Part shown: positions 59,601-64,000 of the stretch, piece by piece
How the letters are laid out: the number at the start of each line of letters is the position of its first letter
How positions within the stretch are numbered: position 1 is the stretch's first letter
DNA from: Abditibacterium sp.
GTDB taxonomy: Bacteria > Armatimonadota > Abditibacteriia > Abditibacteriales > Abditibacteriaceae
Reading direction: 5' to 3'
Assembly: GCA_965246885.1 (NCBI GenBank)
Contig: OZ251992.1
Location: forward strand, 832,001 to 896,000
Length of the DNA stretch: 64,000 nucleotides
Notes under the pieces: model-generated
Databases searched by the model: none
What the model was told of the DNA's origin: nothing
Seen by the model: only the letters and a program-made list of their open reading frames with translations
Position numbers and translations under genes: made by a program

Positions 59601-59678
59601 CGCGCCCACCGCGCCATTGGTCGTCGCCGGGGGCGAAACCCACACATCGGGCCTGCTCGAAGTGGAAGAAGAACTCAT
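56640..59678 (-). CDS. GAF-PAS-PAS-PAS-GGDEF-EAL diguanylate cyclase/phosphodiesterase
   Basis: HDKLTGLANR, RPGD I-site, LGGDEF, MEALVRW, LEITES, DDFGTGYSSL, AEGIE. Confidence 0.95.
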   Translation of the reverse strand: MSSSSTSSRPDVWVSPPATTNGAVGAAPPIGREAMLHAAAFVARCFLSDSWEAKVAEALDELGRALGASRLDIIEKIAPDTPRFSLRYTWCAPGIEPTPESCYNDYDLNDIGFGAWARLMEGGEAVEALVKDLAPQQRAALEHSNIVSVINVPIFLEGKWWGYVGVDDCVRERIWSEAERETLRLCADLLGAGVARGQSELALRESEAELLALLGLMSDALFIIDRAGVYRKVITSNPDILIQPPANIPGRALREFFDAATAWKFEGAIACALDTRAPARLEYSLHLDGGDKWFEATVTPLNDDEVVWVARDVSASHRDAQALRDSEQLFRLLAENSSDAISRISPQFQTLYVSPAIENIIGYAPEELIGRHPLETVHPDDVGALIEAYGQSLRDPSRVATVVYRRLHREGHYVWCESAGRAVIGPSGEVEEIQIVTRDISARKRAEEQLREAELRYRSIFENAVEGIFQTSPDGRYLAANPSLARIYGFDSPAQLIGSYSDISRELYVNDRKRAEFIEEMRKQGKVSNFEAQIRRKDGQVIWISENAREVRGDGELRYYEGTVEDITDRKNAQDQLLHNALHDKLTGLANRALFSDRLAQAFARLKRHPTAIFAVLFLDFDRFKNINDSLGHMAGDELLVALARRLEECLRPGDTVSRLGGDEFAILLEDVRDQTDATVVAERVQSAMAAPFTLVGQEVFSSASIGIALAHAGYDNPDDLLRDADMAMYRAKSLGKARHEVFDSGMHTRAVALLQLETDLRWAIERREFELHYQPIISLQSGAITGMEALVRWRHPERGLVSPAEFIPVAEETGWIVPIGAWVLETACEQLALWQAELRPDPPLTMSVNLSGKQFSQPNLIPFISEQLAKWNIAPQNLKLEITESAIMENAQAVTERLHTLRALGVQLALDDFGTGYSSLSYLHRFPLDTLKIDRSFVMRMEDGGENREIVRTIVALGLNLGMDVVAEGIEDARQLSDLRALNCKGGQGFFFSRPLPPDAALKLLQSGVTW

Positions 59679-59829
59679 GGAAGTGACCCACACCCGGAGC
59701 AAATGTGGCCCCGCCAGCGTGACCAGTTTCCCACAAATGCGAAGGGAACTCTCGCGTTTTTTTTCGGTTAATTCCCGTTCTTTTCGGGGAGCAGTGCAGG
59801 AGACAATAGAGGTGGGCGGTTCGTCGCAG

Positions 59830-59997
59830 GGTGTCGGCGCGCTTTTGCCAGACGTCCGCCGAGCGGTGACAGACGTCCGCCGAGCGGTAACAGACGTCCG
59901 CCGAAGAGGGACAGACGTCTGGGATTGTTCCGCCGCCCTCTGTCACCGAATCCCGCGCCTCTGTCACCGAGTGGCGCGGGTCTCTTTCCATGCGAGC
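59830..59997. repeat. Tandem array, about 8 x 21 bp (GACGTCCGCC / CTGTCACCG), same family as 28662 array
   Basis: Units at 59851, 59872, 59893, 59914, 59935, 59956, with weaker flanking units. Confidence 0.87.
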
Positions 59998-60000
59998 GAT

Positions 60001-60501
60001 CTACAAGCGCGCAACAGCGTTGTCGCCGACTTGGGCGGGATGGCCGGTCACTTTCGACTTGATAAAACCCGCGAGGTGCGCGACGGGCGACGAGGGAGAA
60101 TCCCAGTACTGCGCCGATTCAACGCTGATTTTCAGCAGCGACAGTTCGGGGTCGTCCAATCCCTTGGGGAACCACGCTTCAAAGGCTTTGCTCCAGTATC
60201 TCTCAAACAGGGCGCGGTCAATAATAAGTTCCGCGCGCCCGGCGAGAGAGACGTAGTTCTGGTGTTCGGGGTCGGAGATGGCGACGTTGACGAACGGCTT
60301 GGACTCGATGTCGTGAACTTTGGGCGAGGACTTGGCGGTAAAGAACCACACATCGCCGTCGAACTCCGATTCAATCTGCGCCATCGGACGGGCGTGCAAG
60401 TGCCCCGCCTCGTCAATGGTGGTCAGCATAGCGATGCGCGCGTTTTTCGTCATCTTGGCGATTTTGGCAATCGCTTCTTCGCGGGTCTTGGTTTCTGGCA
60501 T
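60001..60501 (-). CDS. General stress protein 26 / pyridoxamine 5'-phosphate oxidase-like
   Basis: AMLTT..LHARPM, VWFFT, YVSLAG, AWFPKGLDDP, AQYWD. Confidence 0.9.
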   Translation of the reverse strand: MPETKTREEAIAKIAKMTKNARIAMLTTIDEAGHLHARPMAQIESEFDGDVWFFTAKSSPKVHDIESKPFVNVAISDPEHQNYVSLAGRAELIIDRALFERYWSKAFEAWFPKGLDDPELSLLKISVESAQYWDSPSSPVAHLAGFIKSKVTGHPAQVGDNAVARL

Positions 60502-60561
60502 AACGTGGGCGACTGGGGCGAATCGCGCGCCAAAGGAGAGAGTTGAGGGGGCGATGGCCAC

Positions 60562-61749
60562 TTACTTCAACCGAATCGGAAGTGCGTCGGCGACTTTAAC
60601 GCGGAAAAGGGAATACGGCTTTTGGCGGAGGTCTTTGCCAAAGTTGTAGCCCTTTTGCCGCTGCAATTGATTGCTGGTCACATACAAATAGCCGTCGCCC
60701 GCGAGGGACAGCGTGTCGGGCCAAAGCAGTTTGGGGCTTTGCACGACGGTCTCGAACAGGCCGTTGGGCAGGCGGCGGGCGATGGCGTTCGTTTCGACTT
60801 CGGTGCAGTACACGCGGTTTGCGGTGTCGGATTCCAAGCCGTCGCTCATGCCTTTTTCGCCCAAATCCACCACCGTCGCGGCGACGGTTGCATCGGACGC
60901 GCGGAAGTTACGCAGCGCCGCCGTTGAAACGCTATACAAGCGGCGCGAAGCGAGCGGACAATAATACAAGCGGTTGCCGTCGGGCGAAATGGCGATGCCG
61001 TCGGACTGGAATTTGACGTAGCTGGGGAACTTGTTGGGCGGCGTTTGGAACATGGCGCGGCCTTCGGGAAAGGGCAGGAAGCGCGGCACGACGACGGTGC
61101 TGGGGTGGCCCGTCAAGCTCCGGCGCGCAGCGCCGGTGGCCAAGTCTACCGTGATGATTCCCGACGCGCCCGAATCGGTGATGTAAGCGAATCCCTCGCG
61201 CCCCTTGGACAAATCGAAGCGGATGTCGTTGAGGTAAGTGGTGGGCAGGGCCACGCTGGAGGGCAGCAGGATGGTCTTTTCGACGCGGTTGGTTTGAAGG
61301 TTGACGCACACGAGCTTAGGGCCGCCATATGCGACCGGCCCGAACAAGACCGAGCCGGTATCGAGCATCCATAAACGGTCGCGGGCGTCCACCACGACGC
61401 TTTGGACGGAAACCAGATGCGAAGCGCGGATGTTTTGGGCGCGCTCGGCTTTGTCCTGCGACAGCAAGGCGCGCGAGCCGTCGCTTCCGAAGTTGTTCAG
61501 GGCACGCGAAGGGAAAGCGACTTCGCGGCCACCAACAATCTCGCCAACAGTGAAGCGCACCTTGTCGCCCCAGCGCGGGTAGTTGACGAAAATGCGGCCT
61601 TTCTGGGAGACGGTGACTCCGGTCGGCATGGCGCCGAAGAACTGGTGGACGGTTTCGAGGGTGCCCAAAGGCCGCTCGCGCGGCTGGGCCAAAGCTGGAA
61701 CGCACGCCGCGCCAAGCAAGACAAAGGAGAGAAACGAGTGTTTGTTCAT
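60562..61749 (-). CDS. Major royal jelly / L-dopachrome tautomerase-related beta-propeller
   Basis: Signal peptide; MPTGVTVS..RIFVNYPRW, SVQSVVVD..LWMLDTG, YLNDIRFD, WPDTLS. Confidence 0.9.
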   Translation of the reverse strand: MNKHSFLSFVLLGAACVPALAQPRERPLGTLETVHQFFGAMPTGVTVSQKGRIFVNYPRWGDKVRFTVGEIVGGREVAFPSRALNNFGSDGSRALLSQDKAERAQNIRASHLVSVQSVVVDARDRLWMLDTGSVLFGPVAYGGPKLVCVNLQTNRVEKTILLPSSVALPTTYLNDIRFDLSKGREGFAYITDSGASGIITVDLATGAARRSLTGHPSTVVVPRFLPFPEGRAMFQTPPNKFPSYVKFQSDGIAISPDGNRLYYCPLASRRLYSVSTAALRNFRASDATVAATVVDLGEKGMSDGLESDTANRVYCTEVETNAIARRLPNGLFETVVQSPKLLWPDTLSLAGDGYLYVTSNQLQRQKGYNFGKDLRQKPYSLFRVKVADALPIRLK

Positions 61750-61872
61750 CGGGCACCGCCGTTTCGCAAGCGCGGTGCCATTAAAAACGGCGCCGTCCCA
61801 CTTCGGTTAAACCCAAGGCGTGCCGATTTCTCCAATGTACGCTTGCGTGCTGCCGTTCGAGGGGTGCCCTGG

Positions 61873-63330
61873 ATGAGCGCGCTCGTGGAACTACGCGCGG
61901 CGAGCGCGGCTTTGAATGGGGTGACGGTGTTCGAGGCGCTCGATTTCCGCTTGGAAGCCGGAGAAAGCGGGGCGATTGTCGGCGCCAATGGCTCCGGGAA
62001 AACGACGCTACTGCGCTTGCTCGCGGGCGAGTTGTGGCCGACGCCAGTTGAGGCGCGCACGTTCGATATGGGCGACGGCCCGACGTGGTCGCCGCTTCGC
62101 GCGCGCCAGAAGATCGCCTTCGTGTCGCCTTTGGCGCAGGAGCGGGCGGTTAGGTTGGCCCAAGGAGGCGCCGAGGATGAGCGTGGCGCGCGTTTATCGG
62201 TGCGCGAGTGCATTGCGACGGGGTTCTTCGACTCTTTTCTGCTCCATCAAGCGCCTGATACAGTGCAAGAAGAACAGATGACGGCCATGATAGCGCGTTT
62301 TGGCCTCTTGGAACTGGCGGAGCGGGAGCTACAAACGCTGTCGCAGGGCCAACTGCGCCGGGTGCTATTGGCGCGGGCGCTCGTGAAAGCGCCGCGCCTG
62401 GTGCTGCTGGACGAAGCCGCATCGGGGTTGGACGCCCTTGCGCGGGCGGAACTCTTCGCGGCGCTGGGGCAGTTGGCGCAGTCGGGAACGAGCTTCGTGT
62501 TCGCGTCGCACCGGGCGCAGGAGTTACCGGAATGGGCGGAAGGGTGGACGCTGCGCGAGGGGCGGCTAACGCGCGCTATGACAAACGTAGGAACGGTGCT
62601 TGCTCCGTCTTTTGTGCAACTGACGGAGCGGACAAAGCAAACACCGTTCCTACGGAAGGCGCCAATCGCGCCCCTTTTCACGCTCCAAAACGTTTCCGTC
62701 TTCCTCGACGGCGCCCCGGTGCTCCTCGACCTCAACTGGCAGTGGCCGCGTGGGGTGCATCTGCGCGTCGGGGGCGACAATGGCGCGGGCAAGTCCACGT
62801 TTTTGCGTTTGCTTGGCGGAGAACTGGTGCCCGCGCATGGCGGGGCAATCGTCCGTTTGGGCGAGGAGCGGCTGCGCCCGGTGTGGGAGTGGCGGCGCCG
62901 CATTGCCCTCGTGTCGCCGCACTTGCAAGCGCGCTTTCACGAGCCGTTGACGGTGCGCGAAGCGGTGGCGTCGGGGTTTATGGGCGGCTTTGTGGCGCCG
63001 ACTGTGTTGGAGACGACGCAGACCGAGGCGCTGGAAGAGGCGCTCGATGAGTGGGAGTTGCGCCCCTTGGCGGCGCGGCGCTTCGACCGTTTAAGTTTCG
63101 GCCAGACGCGGCGGGTTCTGCTGGCGCGGGCGTTAGTGACGCGGCCCGAAGTGGTGCTTCTCGACGAAGCGCACGACGGGCTGGACGCCGGGACGCGCGA
63201 CTTTTGTCTCGGGAAGTGGGCGGAGTTGGCTCGCGCGGGGGTGCATTTCGCCTTCGCGTCGCATCACCCGGAAGACTTCCCCGCGTGGGCGACGGGCGAG
63301 GTGACGCTCCGGGGCGGGCGGCTGGTTTAA
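61873..63330 (+). CDS. Tandem-domain ABC ATPase (ModF-like)
   Basis: Two Walker A (GANGSGKT, GDNGAGKS), LSQGQ / LSFGQ signatures, LLDEA twice. Confidence 0.88.
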   Translation: MSALVELRAASAALNGVTVFEALDFRLEAGESGAIVGANGSGKTTLLRLLAGELWPTPVEARTFDMGDGPTWSPLRARQKIAFVSPLAQERAVRLAQGGAEDERGARLSVRECIATGFFDSFLLHQAPDTVQEEQMTAMIARFGLLELAERELQTLSQGQLRRVLLARALVKAPRLVLLDEAASGLDALARAELFAALGQLAQSGTSFVFASHRAQELPEWAEGWTLREGRLTRAMTNVGTVLAPSFVQLTERTKQTPFLRKAPIAPLFTLQNVSVFLDGAPVLLDLNWQWPRGVHLRVGGDNGAGKSTFLRLLGGELVPAHGGAIVRLGEERLRPVWEWRRRIALVSPHLQARFHEPLTVREAVASGFMGGFVAPTVLETTQTEALEEALDEWELRPLAARRFDRLSFGQTRRVLLARALVTRPEVVLLDEAHDGLDAGTRDFCLGKWAELARAGVHFAFASHHPEDFPAWATGEVTLRGGRLV

Positions 63331-63758
63331 CGCGGTGTGCCGCCGCCCGTCAGGTTGCGTTGGAGAAGCGCGATGATCTTGGCGTTTTGCTGCAATATCT
63401 GCTGGTTCTGTTGGATAAGCACTTCGTTCTGTGCGGCGGCCAAGACTTGAAAGCGCAGACTGGCCTCGTTGACGGCTTGGCTGGCCTGTTCGGGGGTTTG
63501 GGCTTGGTTGCGCAGGGTGTAAAAGTTGTTCAGCAGTTGCCCGATGGCCAAACGTGCGAGGGTGGGGTCGGTGACGGCTTGGCCGTAGCCCAGAAGCAGG
63601 GCGTCGGCGTTCTGGTCGCGCTCGGCTTGCGCGAGCGTAGAGTTTAACCCCGTCGGCGCGGGGGAAGCAGGACGAGTGGTGGTTTGAGCGTTCGCGGGTA
63701 GGGCGGCGCAAGCGGCGAACAGTACGACGCCAAGGGGCGCGAGAAGTGTGGGTTTCAT
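63327..63758 (-). CDS. Secreted Gln-rich hypothetical protein
   Basis: Signal peptide ANA-Q; QNEVLIQQNQQILQQNAKIIALL coiled coil. Confidence 0.7.
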   Translation of the reverse strand: MKPTLLAPLGVVLFAACAALPANAQTTTRPASPAPTGLNSTLAQAERDQNADALLLGYGQAVTDPTLARLAIGQLLNNFYTLRNQAQTPEQASQAVNEASLRFQVLAAAQNEVLIQQNQQILQQNAKIIALLQRNLTGGGTPR

Positions 63759-63822
63759 CTGGGTGTTGGACGCTTCGCACTCGCAAACGGGGCGCCGGAC
63801 GCCGATTATTGCGCCGCCGACT

Positions 63823-63838
63823 TTTAGCCGGGGCTAAA
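63823..63838. promoter_or_regulatory. MntR/DtxR-type operator palindrome
   Basis: TTTAGCC-GG-GGCTAAA perfect inverted repeat 11 bp upstream of the NRAMP start. Confidence 0.65.
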
Positions 63839-63849
63839 CTCATTCAAAG

Positions 63850-64000
63850 ATGAACGACAATTTGGTGTTGGACGGCGAGGCGGGTGAGCGGGAGAGCGGC
63901 CAAAACGCGCGCGAGGTGGCGGTTCCCGACGCTGCGCCAAGGGGTGAACGGCCCGGCAAGCGGGTGGGTTGGCGCACGTTTGTGGCGTTCGCGGGGCCGG
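63850..64000 (+). CDS. mntH: NRAMP family Mn2+ transporter, 5' part only
   Basis: MNDNLV...WRTFVAFAGP matches the NRAMP TM1 lead-in (AF.GPG); upstream metal-repressor palindrome; truncated by window. Confidence 0.6.
   Translation, partial: MNDNLVLDGEAGERESGQNAREVAVPDAAPRGERPGKRVGWRTFVAFAGP

Overview
A GC-rich bacterial chromosomal segment, mostly housekeeping and envelope genes with several small accessory inserts. The gene mix suggests Armatimonadota/Abditibacteriota (inference): three pilin-like H-X9-DG proteins, a Dop/PafA-family gene outside Actinobacteria-style context, an SLH + beta-barrel OmpM-type protein, and S12 with an insertion. Recognisable genes include an HDAC-family deacetylase, polX, dop, a LysR regulator with two ferredoxins, purN, a CHASE2 kinase, a LysM/NlpC-P60 hydrolase, greA, sppA, polA, rpsA, rpsL-rpsG (no adjacent fusA), a UbiA-family transferase, aroB, glnD, a GGDEF-EAL protein, a ModF-like ATPase and the start of mntH. 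I found no rRNA, tRNA, CRISPR or transposase. The most interesting signals are: (1) a TPP riboswitch directly upstream of a pilin-like H-X9-DG gene; (2) a cassette of a Cys-rich secreted protein, hairpin, pilin-like protein, CxC thioredoxin-fold protein and membrane protein; (3) five intergenic arrays with a 21-bp period, four apparently related and one bounded by 24-bp inverted repeats; (4) a PolX lacking its catalytic aspartates next to an orphan dop; (5) a glycoside-hydrolase fold lacking its nucleophile beside OmpM; (6) many apparently leaderless genes. All calls come from reading the sequence; no database searches or GC computations were run.
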